Positions 40,867 to 51,781 of a DNA stretch of 64,000 nt are shown here, piece by piece. The stretch covers positions 704,001 to 768,000 of the forward strand of contig CAVWFS010000007.1 in assembly GCA_963754315.1 (NCBI GenBank), read 5' to 3'. Both the position numbers and the translations under genes were made by a program. The stretch is from an uncultured Candidatus Rokubacteria bacterium. GTDB taxonomy: Bacteria; Methylomirabilota; Methylomirabilia; Rokubacteriales; CSP1-6. The notes under the pieces are model-generated. The model was not told the origin of the DNA. It worked only from the letters and a program-made list of their open reading frames with translations, and ran no database searches. The stretch's first letter is position 1. Each line of letters starts with the position of its first letter.

Positions 40867-41766
40867 GTGCGCGCAGAGTACCGAGAAGAGCCGTGCAGGA
40901 GCGCCCTGAACCGGGTCGCCGGTATGCCGTTTCCGTGGTCTCTCAATCCCTACATGGGCTGCGTCCACCGCTGTACGTTCTGCTATGTGCGAGCGTTCGA
41001 GCGGCGCGCTGACCGGCCCGCCGGTGAGGAGTACGGGCGCACGATCCGGGTGAAAGTCAATGTCGTCTTCGTCCTGCGCCGAGAGTTGGCTCGCCCCGGC
41101 TGGCGTCGCGAGCTCGTCGCAATCGGCGCTGCCACCGATCCCTACCAGCCCGCAGAGGGACGCTACCGGCTCACGCGCGGGTGCCTGGAAGCCCTGGCCG
41201 GAGCGCATACACCGTTCAATCTGATCACTCGGGGACCTCTGATCGTGAGAGACATCGACGTACTGCAGACGGCGGCGGCGCAGGCGGACGTCGATGTCTG
41301 CTTTTCCCTCCCGACCCTGGACGAGTCGGTGTGGCGGAGAACCGAGCCGGGAACGGCGCCGCCGCGACAACGGTTGCGAGCCGTACGCGCTCTGGCCGAG
41401 GCGGGGATTCGCACGTCGGTGGGTATGGCGCCGATCCTGCCAGGAATCTCCGACCGCCCGGAGCAGTTGGCCGCTGTGGTCCGGGCGGCCCGGGAGGCGG
41501 GAGCGAGTCATCTCTGGGGAAACGTGGTTCATCTTCGCCCCGGCACGCGTGAGCACTTCCTCGACCATCTGGCGCGCGACTGGCCCGAGGAGCTCGACCG
41601 GTATCAGCGGCTCTTCGCCCGGGGCCCCTACATGGCCCGGCGGGACGCCGAGCCGATCTTGAGTCAGGTGGCTCGCCTGCGTGCAAGCTCTGGGATGGTC
41701 GAGCGGCGCCTCCCGCCGCCTGCTCCGCGACGGCCTCCGGAGCCCGAACAACTCGAGCTCGTCTGA
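40867..41766 (+). CDS. Radical SAM protein, Rv2578c/SplB-like DNA-repair-associated family
   Basis: [13 protein letters not shown] (CxxxCxxC), ATDPYQPAE and EPGTAPP..R. C-terminal QLEL resembles a beta-clamp-binding motif. Confidence 0.88.
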   Translation: MRAEYREEPCRSALNRVAGMPFPWSLNPYMGCVHRCTFCYVRAFERRADRPAGEEYGRTIRVKVNVVFVLRRELARPGWRRELVAIGAATDPYQPAEGRYRLTRGCLEALAGAHTPFNLITRGPLIVRDIDVLQTAAAQADVDVCFSLPTLDESVWRRTEPGTAPPRQRLRAVRALAEAGIRTSVGMAPILPGISDRPEQLAAVVRAAREAGASHLWGNVVHLRPGTREHFLDHLARDWPEELDRYQRLFARGPYMARRDAEPILSQVARLRASSGMVERRLPPPAPRRPPEPEQLELV

Positions 41767-41908
41767 GCCCCCTTATCGGCGCGCTCCCCGGATCGGGGGA
41801 CGTGCGTTTCTGGAGGCTGGGCGAACGGCAGCGGTCGAGATACTCTCTCTGGCACAGGCGGGCCGCCCGAACACTTGCGCTCGGGCACGAGGCGGGAAGG
41901 AGCATCCG

Positions 41909-42937
41909 ATGTTCGCGAGGCTCGGCGGGATGTTCTCCAGTGATCTGGCTGTCGACCTAGGAACGGCCAACACCCTGGTCTTTGTTCACGGAGAGGGCAT
42001 CGTCCTCAACGAGCCCTCGATCGTCTCCATTCATCAGGCCGATGGCTCCGTGCTGGCGGTGGGGCGCGAGGCCAAGGCCATGGTCGGGCGGACCCCGGGG
42101 AACATCGTGGCCATCCGGCCCTTGAAGGACGGGGTCATCGCCGACTTCGACATCGCCCAAAAGATGCTGCAGCACTTCATTGCACGGGCCCACAACCGTC
42201 GCTGGTTCGTCAGACCGCGGGTGGTCGTCAGCGTATCCTCGGGCATCACGCCTGTGGAAAAGCGGGCCGTGCGTGACGCGGCGGCGCAGGCGGGCGCCCG
42301 AGAGGTCTATCTCATGGAGGAGCCCATGGCCGCCGCCATTGGTGCCGGCCTCCCTATCGAGGAACCGGGCGGCAACATGATCGTGGACATCGGCGGGGGC
42401 ACCACCGAGGTGGCCGTGATCTCCCTCTCGGGCATCGTGCATTCGAAATCGGTCCGGGTGGCAGGCGACGAGATGAACGAGGTACTCGCCCAGCACATTC
42501 GCAAGCACTACAACCTGCTCATCGGCGAGCGCCGCGCCGAGGAGATCAAGATCGAGCTCGGCTGCGCCTTCCCGACCGGAGAACCGCCGCGTCGCATGAT
42601 GGTCAAGGGGCGGGATCTCATCGCGGGGCTTCCCAAGACGGTGGAAATTACCGACGAGGAGATCCGGGAAGCCCTACGCGAACCGATCATGACCATCACC
42701 GAGACCGTGCGCATGGTCCTCGAGCGCACGCCGCCCGAGATCGCCGCCGACATGGTCGATACCGGGATTGTTCTTACGGGTGGCGGCGCCCTTCTGCGCG
42801 GCATCGATCGCCTGCTCCGCCAGGAAACGAGCCTGCCTGTCACCGTGGCCGAGAATCCCCTCTCGTGTGTCGCCCTCGGAGTCGGCAAGGCCCTCGACGA
42901 GCTCAACCTCCTGCGCAAGGTGGCTCTGCCTGATTGA
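41909..42937 (+). CDS. mreB: Rod shape-determining protein MreB (standalone copy)
   Basis: [41 protein letters not shown] and LTGGGALL. Confidence 0.93.
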   Translation: MFARLGGMFSSDLAVDLGTANTLVFVHGEGIVLNEPSIVSIHQADGSVLAVGREAKAMVGRTPGNIVAIRPLKDGVIADFDIAQKMLQHFIARAHNRRWFVRPRVVVSVSSGITPVEKRAVRDAAAQAGAREVYLMEEPMAAAIGAGLPIEEPGGNMIVDIGGGTTEVAVISLSGIVHSKSVRVAGDEMNEVLAQHIRKHYNLLIGERRAEEIKIELGCAFPTGEPPRRMMVKGRDLIAGLPKTVEITDEEIREALREPIMTITETVRMVLERTPPEIAADMVDTGIVLTGGGALLRGIDRLLRQETSLPVTVAENPLSCVALGVGKALDELNLLRKVALPD

Positions 42938-42973
42938 CCGGTCCCTCCATCATGGGGGCCCCGATTGACCTAT

Positions 42974-43121
42974 TGGGGGGGCCCCGACATGGCCCCCCAA
43001 ACCCCCCAACGCTCGGGGCGGCCCGGGACACCCGGGCCGCCCCTCGGTCTGCCGCGGAGCCGGGGCCCCGACATGGTCCCGGATACCTCTGCTCTCCGGG
43101 GCGCCGGAGCCGGCGCCCTTC
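42974..43121 (+). repeat. REP-like two-hairpin intergenic repeat, one full copy (42974-43046) plus a degenerate copy (43062-43121)
   Basis: GGGGGGGCCCCGACATGGCCCCCCAAACCCCCCAACGCTCGGGGCGGCCCGGGACACCCGGGCCGCCCCTCG. Confidence 0.85.
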
Positions 43122-43629
43122 TCAATTATTCAGGGACTTCTCCAGGAGGCGGATACGACGCGAGAGAGTTTCGAGCACCCGGTGGGACAGCTCGGGCACC
43201 TCCCGTAGCAGGGACTGGAAGTTTCGCCGCTGGATCACGAGAAGGCGGACGTCGGTCTCGGCGCGCACGGTGGCGGAGCGCGGCTCGCCATCCAGCAGGC
43301 TCATCTCCCCGAAGAAGTCCCCGGGGCGGAGCCGGCCGCGCTTGCGCGGTGAGATCTCCACGGTGACGGAGCCGTCCACGAGCACGAAGAACTCGTCGCC
43401 GGGATCACCCGTCCGCGTCACGATGGAGCCGGCCGGCAAGCTCCACCACCTTCGAGATGGCGGCTACCTCGCGCAACTGGCGCCGTGTACAGTCCTCGAA
43501 TATCGGCACCTCCTCGAGCCGGCGGATCTTCTCGTCCCGCTTGATGCGGTACTCCGGCGACAGCGTGCGGAGGGCGTCCTTCAGATCGGTGGAGATGGAT
43601 CCGTCCAGGATGCGGCTGACGAATTCCAT
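43122..43629 (-). CDS. Standalone cyclic nucleotide-binding domain protein (frameshift near 43440)
   Basis: The 5' part (LEEVPIF...REVAAISKVVEL) and 3' part (PAGSIV..G.PGDEFF...FFGEMSLLDGEPRSATV) are in different frames. Confidence 0.8.
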
Positions 43630-43639
43630 GCTGAATCTC

Positions 43640-43807
43640 CTATGTCTTTCCTTGGGGGTATCCGAGCTTCATCGTCCCACGAAGGATCTCGCCCTTGAGT
43701 TCATCCCAGCGGCGAAACCACATGATATCGTCGGCCGCCGCCGCCCAGAAGCCCTCCGGGTCTCGCTGAGAGCAAGCATAGACCTCATCGTACGTGCTGA
43801 TCGGCAT
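43640..43807 (-). pseudogene. Internally deleted propionyl/acetyl-CoA synthetase (PrpE-like) remnant
   Basis: YDEVYACSQRDPEGFWAAAA..I.W.RRWD (N-terminus of the family) is joined to GEILRGTMK (resembling the C-terminal GKILRGTM). Confidence 0.55.
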
Positions 43808-43986
43808 CGCCCCTCCCCTCGCGCCGTCTGATCCCACGCGGGCACCGCGCGGTGGGCCCAGTCTGGATCAGGTGGCCGCCCAGGGCAACTTTCAGGGCGG
43901 GCGCCTGGGGCGGCCCGCAATCGCCGGACAATTCTCGTCGACTCCGGGGTACTCTCAGGGAAACGCGGATCCCATATCTGGAGAGT

Positions 43987-44391
43987 ATGCATAAACAACG
44001 GAGCAGGTGCCTCGCGCTCATCGTGATGACGACCCTGGGACTGTTGGGTGGAGGAGCCTGGGCCCAGTCGCCATCGCCATCGGAGCTTCGCCAGCAGTTT
44101 CAGGAGACCGACCGGAATGGCGACGGCCGGATCGACCGAGAGGAGTTTCATCGCCGGTCCGTCGACCTGTTCTACCTCCTCGACAAGGACCGGAAGGGCT
44201 ACCTGATGATCGGTGACCTCAAGGGTCTGCCTGGGCAAGATTTCAAGGCGGCTGATCGGGAGGGAGACGGCAAGCTCACCCTGGAGGAGTTCATCAACGG
44301 CCGCTTCGGAAACTTCGACGCGGCTGACACCAATGGCGATGGTGTGTTGACCCTCGCCGAGATCGAAGTCTACGTGAACCGCCGGCGGTAG
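43987..44391 (+). CDS. Secreted EF-hand domain protein
   Basis: Signal peptide ending AWA-Q. Four EF-like loops: DRNGDGRIDREE, DKDRKGYLMIGD, DREGDGKLTLEE and DTNGDGVLTLAE. Confidence 0.85.
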   Translation: MHKQRSRCLALIVMTTLGLLGGGAWAQSPSPSELRQQFQETDRNGDGRIDREEFHRRSVDLFYLLDKDRKGYLMIGDLKGLPGQDFKAADREGDGKLTLEEFINGRFGNFDAADTNGDGVLTLAEIEVYVNRRR

Positions 44392-44396
44392 CCCCG

Positions 44397-45401
44397 GTGG
44401 CGAGGCGCATAGTCGGGGTCATCGTCCTGGCCGTGGTCGGCCTGGCCATTGCCGTGCTCACGGGCTGGGGTGCACTCGTTCTCTTCTATCTCGCCCCGGG
44501 TTCGAGCGGGGTTCGGAGGGCTCTCGCCTGGAGCTTGGTCGCCATCGGTCTGGCGGCCCTGGGCGCGCTGGCCGTCGGACGAGCGCGGTGGCCAGCCGTC
44601 CTCGGGTTTGGCCTGTTCCTGGTCCCGGTCCTGATCGTCTGGGGCAGCGCGGCGCCGTCGAACAAGCGCGACTGGCAGCCGGAGGTGGCTGTGCTGCCCT
44701 ACGCCACCATCGACGGTGATCAGGTCACCGTCCACAACATCCGGAACTTCGACTATCGCACGGAGACCGATTTCACCCCCGCCTACTACACCCGCACCTT
44801 CGACCTCCGGCGCCTGGATCGGGTCGATCTGGTCGCCGTGTACTGGATGGGCCCGGCCATCGCCCACCTGTTCGTCACGTTCGGCTTCGGCGACGAGCAT
44901 CTCGCCATTTCCGTCGAGGCCCGCAAGGACCGCACGAAGCCGTACGCCACCCTTCCCGGCTTCTTCCGGCAGTACGAGCTGGTGTACATCGTGGCGGACG
45001 AGCGCGACGTGATCCGTGTCCGGACGAACTACCGGAAGTCGCCGCCCGAAGACGTCTACCTGTTCCGCGTCGTGGGTCCGGCCGAGAACAGCCGCCGCGT
45101 CTTCCTCGACTACATGCGCGACATGAACGAGCTGCGGGAGCATCCGCGGTTCTACAACACCGTGGCCACCAACTGCACCACCATGATCCTCGCCCACGCG
45201 GCCGTGAACCACGACCGCATCCCGTATTCCTGGAAGATTCTCTTCAGTGGATACGCGCCGGAGTACGCCTACGAGCGGGGACGCCTCGAGCGGAGCCTAC
45301 CGTTCGAGGAGCTCAAGCGGCGTGGGCACATCAACAGGGTGGCGCAGGAGGCAGACAAGGCGCCCGACTTCTCGCAACGCATCCGAATCGGCGTGCCCTG
45401 A
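44397..45401 (+). CDS. DUF4105 (Lnb N-terminal-like) membrane-anchored protein
   Basis: Three N-terminal TM segments, NIRNF.YR, IAHLFVTFGF, SVEAR, QYEL.YI.ADERD and YNT.ATNCT. Confidence 0.85.
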   Translation: MARRIVGVIVLAVVGLAIAVLTGWGALVLFYLAPGSSGVRRALAWSLVAIGLAALGALAVGRARWPAVLGFGLFLVPVLIVWGSAAPSNKRDWQPEVAVLPYATIDGDQVTVHNIRNFDYRTETDFTPAYYTRTFDLRRLDRVDLVAVYWMGPAIAHLFVTFGFGDEHLAISVEARKDRTKPYATLPGFFRQYELVYIVADERDVIRVRTNYRKSPPEDVYLFRVVGPAENSRRVFLDYMRDMNELREHPRFYNTVATNCTTMILAHAAVNHDRIPYSWKILFSGYAPEYAYERGRLERSLPFEELKRRGHINRVAQEADKAPDFSQRIRIGVP

Positions 45402-45404
45402 CGC

Positions 45405-46110
45405 TCATCGGGTCGGCGGCGTTTGAGGGCGATCCTTTCCGCTGGGTATGGACGGGGGCCGCACGAGTTGGGCCAGCTCGCTTCGCTGAGCTTGCACGGC
45501 GCCATCGCCGGGCATGAGCGTGGCCAAGGTTTCGGCATGACGGAGCGCCGTCTGCAGATCTCCACGGTCTCGGGCGATGCTGATCAGAGCGGCCAGGACT
45601 TCGCGGTCAGCGGGTCGGCGCCGATGCGCTTGCTCCAGGACCGCCATGGCTCCCTTGGGATCTCCACTGGAGTTGAGGGCGACCGCGTAGACATAGGCGA
45701 ACCGGGTGGTGTCCGGCCGAAGCGCAGCTGATCGCTGCAAGAGCCGTATCGCTTCAGCTGGCGCGCCTGCCTGACCCGAGCAGGTGGCACTGCGAGCAGA
45801 CCCCGTTGCCCGCGACGGAGCGCCAGCGTGCGTGGATCGTGGTAATCGGAGCAGGTCACCCCCGCTTGATGCATCCGGCTCTGGAGCACCGATCCGCACT
45901 CGTACACCTCTCCGAGAATTTGCCATCGGCGTGGTAGAGACCGGCCGTCACGAGAGCCGGCATATCACGTATCGGAGGAAGGGGCGACTATGCCGTCGCG
46001 CTGGAAATACGTGGATGTCTCCCGCCATGACGTGAATGTCGCCGTCATGAAGTGAATGTCGACGGTCGTGTCGTGTTCGCCGGTGCATGTCGCACGGTCG
46101 TGTAGAACCG
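45405..46110 (-). pseudogene. Degraded multiheme c-type cytochrome/TPR protein
   Basis: Three fragments resemble parts of this family: the N-terminus (ATFT...TSTYFQRDG), the core (YECGSVLQSRMHQAGVTCSDYHDP, with CxxCH broken) and the TPR tail (RFAYVYAVALNS). They lie in different frames with large gaps. Confidence 0.65.
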
Positions 46111-46449
46111 CGCCGGCGTAGCTCGATGCCGTCGTCGAAGCCGGCCAGAGGCCGGTACGTGACGAAAGCGGCCCCGTCGACGGCGAGCGCGTCGCCGAAT
46201 CTACCCGTTCAGGCTCCGACTCCTCGCGCACGAGGGCGCGCGGTAATCAGATCCTCGCGGCCCTCCGACTTCTGCGCGCTTCCAGAGCGAGTCGCGCAGA
46301 CCATCCGAAAGCCCTCCCCAGTGGCACGTACCACCGTGAAGGTCTTCGCGGCGGGTCGCGAGTTTTCCTGCTGGGCGCACGTGGCGGTCAGCATTGGCGC
46401 ACTGACGAGTACTCCCAGCCAGGAGGCCGGCGACGATGGCGACTTTCCG

Positions 46450-47642
46450 TCACATGAGGATCTTGATCATGCTCAGAAGCTGGTCCTTGATCGGCACCTG
46501 GATGGCGATCACCGGCAGCATGGGGATGATGGCCGCTGCCGCCACGGTGACAATGGACTGCTTGCCGATGGGCGCCGCTCGCAAGCGGCCCACCGCCTCG
46601 TAGAGGGTGAGGGTGTCGGCCACAGGCCCAAGCTCCGGCGCGTCGAGGAGGCCCCGATCGTCCACCGTCTCCCCCCGGATCCAGCGGTGCTCGACGAGAC
46701 GACCATGCCGTCCAACCAGCGCCCCGTAGGCAAGCAGACTCTGACGCCGTCAGGGCCACCAGCCTGGGCACGAAGACCAGCAAGGGCGCCAAGAAGAGAA
46801 CGAGGACCAGTACCACGAACAACCCCATTGGCACCCACAGCGACTCTACCCGGAACTGAATGATAGAGGACGTCGTGCCCCCAGCGCGCGGCCAGGACCG
46901 AGGACGCGGCGAGGATGACAGTGGCGAACGCAGTCGGAAGCGTCTGCAGGAAGCCGAGGCCAGCGCACCCGTCGGAGTGGGTAGGAACCAACTGCAAATC
47001 CAGCCGCGAGATGCGCCACGAGCAGGATGACGGTCACCAGAAGCCGCCAGAGCCAGCTGAAGACGAGCACCGCATAAAGCGGGCGGGAGATCCAGAGGTA
47101 CCAGCACGCGGCGAACCCGAGATGCTCGTGGGCACCGGCGCCAAGCACGGCCGAATCCACCTCGTGGAGATGGACCACATCTTGACTGGCCAGGGCTGCG
47201 TTGCCGAAGGCCAGGGCCAGGATCGCGGCCAGCGCGAGTCGCGAGCGAATCGAATGCCCGGCAGCCCTCGATGATCCCCATGAAGGCAGGACGATCCGCG
47301 GGAAGCACCAGACCTGAGCTCAGGAAGTACGAGACGATCCGCCGGGCAACGTTCTGGGCCAGGGGCTCGGCGAGGAGAAGCAGGGGGACGGCGATAAGAA
47401 ACCGCGCGTGCACGCCGAAGTGCTGGAGGAGCGGCTCGACACCAGCCGCCCTGAAGGCCCGATGGTGCAGCAGGGCCCACACCAGGCGGCACCCAGGCGA
47501 CCAGCACGACCACGACCACCCGTCGGACAATCCCGTGCCCGTGGCTGGGGATGAGATGGGCCGCGCGCTGGGCCTGATAGAGAGGATCCTGGTCGAGCAG
47601 GGAAAAATCGACCTGCGGGGCGAGGGATGGTGGCGCGTCCAC
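46450..47642 (-). pseudogene. Polytopic membrane protein of unknown function, multiple frameshifts
   Basis: Coding-like hydrophobic segments continue across several frames: DFSL...DPLY, FGVHARFLIAVPLLL, WYLWISRP, L.PTHSDG.AGLGFL, LFLAPLL.F and LLDAPELGPVAD. Confidence 0.65.
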
Positions 47643-47735
47643 CGAAGGATGTACCTACCCGCCATGGTCGGTGCTCCTGGGTGCCCGTTTTAGGGAAGCG
47701 GCGATCGTCAGCCGCCACGAGTGTAGCGCACCTCC

Positions 47736-50700
47736 GTGATGGCCTTGGATGATCGCCGTATACTGGACATGGCGATGCGCCGCGGCCGGCTCGTGCTTGT
47801 CGTCCTGGGTGGCCTCCTGGGCACCATCGGGGTGGTGCTCTTCATGGTGTATCTCGGCCTGCCGACGATCGTGAAGTGGGTCACGATCCACCAGGGGCGC
47901 GCGCTGCTTGGCCGCGATGTCAGCATCGACCGGGTGGAGCTCCACGCATGGGGCGGCTGGTACCGTCTCTACGGCTTGCGCATCGCCGGGCAACCCGGCG
48001 AGCCGCCGCTGCTGGAGATCGCCGAAACGAACCTCCGCATCCTGTACAGCTTTCTCTTCAAGGGGCAGATCCGAGCCAGCCAGCTGGCGCTGATCTCACC
48101 GACCCTCCGCATGGCACGGACGGGGCCGGGCCGGCTCAGCATCTCGGACATCATCGAGCGCTTTGGCGCCGAGGACAAGAAGACACCAGCCAGCGACCAG
48201 GAGCCTATCGAGATCCTGGCCGACCTCATCGTCGTCTCCAACGGCACCATCCTCTTCGAGGACCGCGCGGTGACTCCCCTGCGCGCCTTCGACATCACCG
48301 ATCTCACCATCAACCTGCGCGACATCTCTACCAAGCGTGATACCGGTCGCGGTACGGGAACAGTGGCGTTGGCCCTCAACGGGACACCGATGGCAATCAC
48401 CGCCGAGGCTATTCGGGTGCGCCCCGCCCACGTCAAGGCCCAGACTCAATATCGTGGACCTCGATCTCGACATCATCTGGCCGTACTTGCCCCCTGACTT
48501 GCCCGTGCGCCCGGACTGGGGGCGGTTCTCGGCGCACGTGGCCCTGCTCTACGACGCGGCCGACGGCTTCCGTACCGACGCCGACCTCAAGGTGGCCGAC
48601 CTGACGTTCAGTCAGGCAGGGAACGAGGATCCGCTGGCTTCGCTCCCTGACTTTGTCGTCAACGTGCGCGAGCTTGTCGTCAAGGGCGACACGGTCACCG
48701 CGGCTCGCCTCGCCCTTGCCACCGACGTTTCGATCGTCGATCCGACTCTCTCGCCGCCCAAGCCGTACGAGATCCGAGATGTGCGCCTGGCCCTGGAGAA
48801 CGTCACCTACCCGCAGGGGCCACCAGCGAACGTCACGCTGACCATGAACCTGCCGGCCGGGGCCACCCTCGACATTCGCGGCACCGCGGCTGCCGAGCCC
48901 CTCGCCGCCAACCTCACCGTCACCCTCGGCGGCGTCGATCTTTCCCTGATCAATCCGTACATCTCGCCGGTGTCCCCGATCACCATTGCACGCGGTCAGC
49001 TCGGTGCCACCCTGAACGTCGCGGTGACAGAGGGCCCGAGCGTGCGGGTCAACGGCGAGGCTACGTCCACGTACGACCTGCTACGCCGCGGCCAAGCCGA
49101 GCCCTTCGTGAGCCATCCCAGGGTGCGCACCACCATCACAGACCTCACATGGCAGGGGGGACAGTTCGCCCTGGGACGGCTGACCATGGATGGTCCTGCC
49201 ACCATTGTGGACACGAGCGTCTCGCCAGCCCAGCGCGCGGAGTTCACAACACTCACCTTGCTCGCCGAGGATGCCACCTGGCCCGTCCAGCGACCCGTGC
49301 GAGTGAAATCGTCGATGGTCGTAGCGGGCAGCGGCCGCGCGGACGTGGAGGGAACGTTCAATCCGGCCACCATCGCGGCTGACATCCGGGCGAAGTTCGC
49401 GGACGTCGACGTGACCCGGGTCGGCCCTTACATCCCGGAGACTGTTCCGGTGGCGATCACCGGTGGCCGTCTGGCCGGCACCCTGAATCTCAAGAACGAC
49501 CAGGCAACCGGCGTCACCATCAACACCGAGACTGCCGTCGCGGATTTCGGGGTCGCCCACCGGAGTGAGCCGAAGGTCAGCGTGACTGATCGGCGGCTCG
49601 GGCTGACGGTGACCGACCTTCGCATCAAGGGAAGCACGTTGTCACTTCGTCGAGCCGCGCTCACCGGGGCGCCCAATCTTGCCCAGGAGGGGACGACGCC
49701 CCTGCGACAGGCAGCGTTCCGGAGCCTTCGCGCATCCACGCGTGACATGGCCTGGCCGGCGAAGCGCCCGGTGCCCTTCGAACTCGAAGCTGAGCTTCCG
49801 GTCTCTGGCACGCTCGCCGTGGACGGCTCGGCCGACCTCGATGCGCGTGCCGTCAACGCCAAGCTGGATCTGAAGAACGCTGCGCTCGCACCCTATCAGG
49901 CTCTGCTCCCCTTCGAGGCGCCCATCGGAGGCGAGGCCGGGGCGGCGCTCACGATCACCGCACGCACGGAGGAGCCGCTGCCAAGCGACCGTGAAAGGCC
50001 AAGCCGAGGTGCGGCGCTTCAGCCTCGGCCCACCCGACCGGCCCGTCGTCAGCATCGAGCACCTGGAGACGAGCGGCGTTGACGTGCAATGGCCGCGCGA
50101 GATCCGGATCGATGTGGTAAAGGGCGTCAAGCCGGTGGCGCTGGTCGAACGCGAGAAGGACATGAGCTTTCCACTGCGGGCGATGCTCGGCCCGCGCAAT
50201 CAAGTAGGTGCCGATCCCGCCGCTGTCACTTCTGGCCCGCCGCCCGCCCAGGGTGCTGGCGAGCCGGCTGATTCGGCGTTTCCGGTCACCGTGTCCATCG
50301 GCGAGATTGTCGTGGAAGACGGGACCTTCAGGTTCGTCGACCGCTCGACGACGCCGGTCTACTCGGAGGAGATGACCAAGGTCGCCCTGAACATCGCCGG
50401 CCTGACCAGCGTGCCCGATCAACGGGCTCGCATCGCGGTACAGGCCGTGGTGGGCGCCACCGGCGCCCTCGACCTCAAAGGCGAGCTGGCGCCGATGGCC
50501 ACGCCCTTCTACCTCGACCTCCAGGGTGAGCTGCGTCAGTTCGCTCTGCCGCGTACGAATCCCCACTTCCGGCAGGTCTTCGACTACTTTGTAAAGCGGG
50601 GCTACTTCAGCAACACGATTCACTACCGCATCGTCGGCAGCGAGCTGACCGCGGAAAACCGCATCAAGATCCAGCAGCTCGGCGTCGAAAAGGACAAATC

Positions 50701-51427
50701 GCCCGTGGAGTCGGACAGGAAGATCGGTCTCCCGCTCGGTCTCATCGTGGCCATGGTCACCGACAGCCGGGGAGACATCGAGTTCGACCTGCCTGTCAGC
50801 GGTGATCTCAGGGAGCCCGGATTCAGCCTGGGAAGCGCGTTCTGGGCCGCTCTCAAGAACGTGCTGGTCAATGTGGTCACCGTACCCTTCCGGGCCGTCG
50901 GCAAGCTCTTCAGCCAGGGTGACGAGGTCGAGGAATTCAAGATGGACCCCGTCACCTTCACGCCGGGGAGCGCCACCGTCAGCGCCGAGAGCAGCCAGCA
51001 CCTGCACCGTGTCGCCGACTTTCTGCGATCGGCGCCCAATCTTCGCCTGGCTCTGCGGCCGGTGGTGAGCGCCGAAGACCTGGCCAGCCTGAAGACCGCC
51101 GAGGTGACGGCCAGCATCCAGCGCCTTCAGCGCGAGGAAAAGATCGATGCCTTCAGCGCGGCCGCCGCCAAGCTCTTTGCGCGAACTTTTCCTGGCCAGC
51201 CGGTGCCCGACGCGCCGGAGAAGATCGTCGAACGACTACGTGAGCAGGCGCAGGACCCGGCGGCCGCCGCCCGCGAGCTATCGACGCGGCGTGTGGAGGC
51301 GACCCGCCACGCACTCGTGCAAGACGCGGGAATCGACAGCGGCCGCCTGACCTCGACGGGTGAAACTCCGCTGGAGAGCTCTGGCGAGGGTCGCGTAGAA
51401 TTTGAGCTTGTCACCGGTGAGGGCTAA
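47736..51427 (+). CDS. DUF748/AsmA-like repeat protein, split by frameshifts near 48440 and 49981
   Basis: Three consecutive ORFs with an N-terminal TM anchor, repeated beta-rich units (F.DR...P, G.L.A.L) and the C-terminal LPLGL.VA...D.RG.I..DLPVSGDL.P.FS motif. Confidence 0.8.
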
Positions 51428-51505
51428 TCGCCCCCGGCGACGAGAGGGTTACGGCATCGATACCCGGGTTCTTTCTCAGGCCCAACGACGAAGGGAGATC
51501 TCCCG

Positions 51506-51757
51506 ATGAGTCAGCGTGGAAAAGCAGTGACAGCGACGTTCATGGCCATCGCCCTCATGTTCCCGCTCGCCGGGTGTGCAGCGAAGACCAAGGTCAGGCG
51601 CACGGCCAAGCAGTCATGCGAGGCGCATGGTGGAAGCTATAACGCGCAGACTCAGATGTGCAGCTATCAAGCGGTCCAGCGCTCGGCCCGTCAGAACTGT
51701 GAGCAGCAAGGTGGAGTGTACTGGCCCGCGGAACAGTACTGCGAGTTCGAGGAATAG
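51506..51757 (+). CDS. Small lipoprotein with two Cys-containing repeats
   Basis: Lipobox LAGC, with repeats AKQSCEAHGGSY...MC and ARQNCEQQGGVY...YC. Confidence 0.75.
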   Translation: MSQRGKAVTATFMAIALMFPLAGCAAKTKVRRTAKQSCEAHGGSYNAQTQMCSYQAVQRSARQNCEQQGGVYWPAEQYCEFEE

Positions 51758-51781
51758 CCACAATCGAGTAAGATCGCAGCC

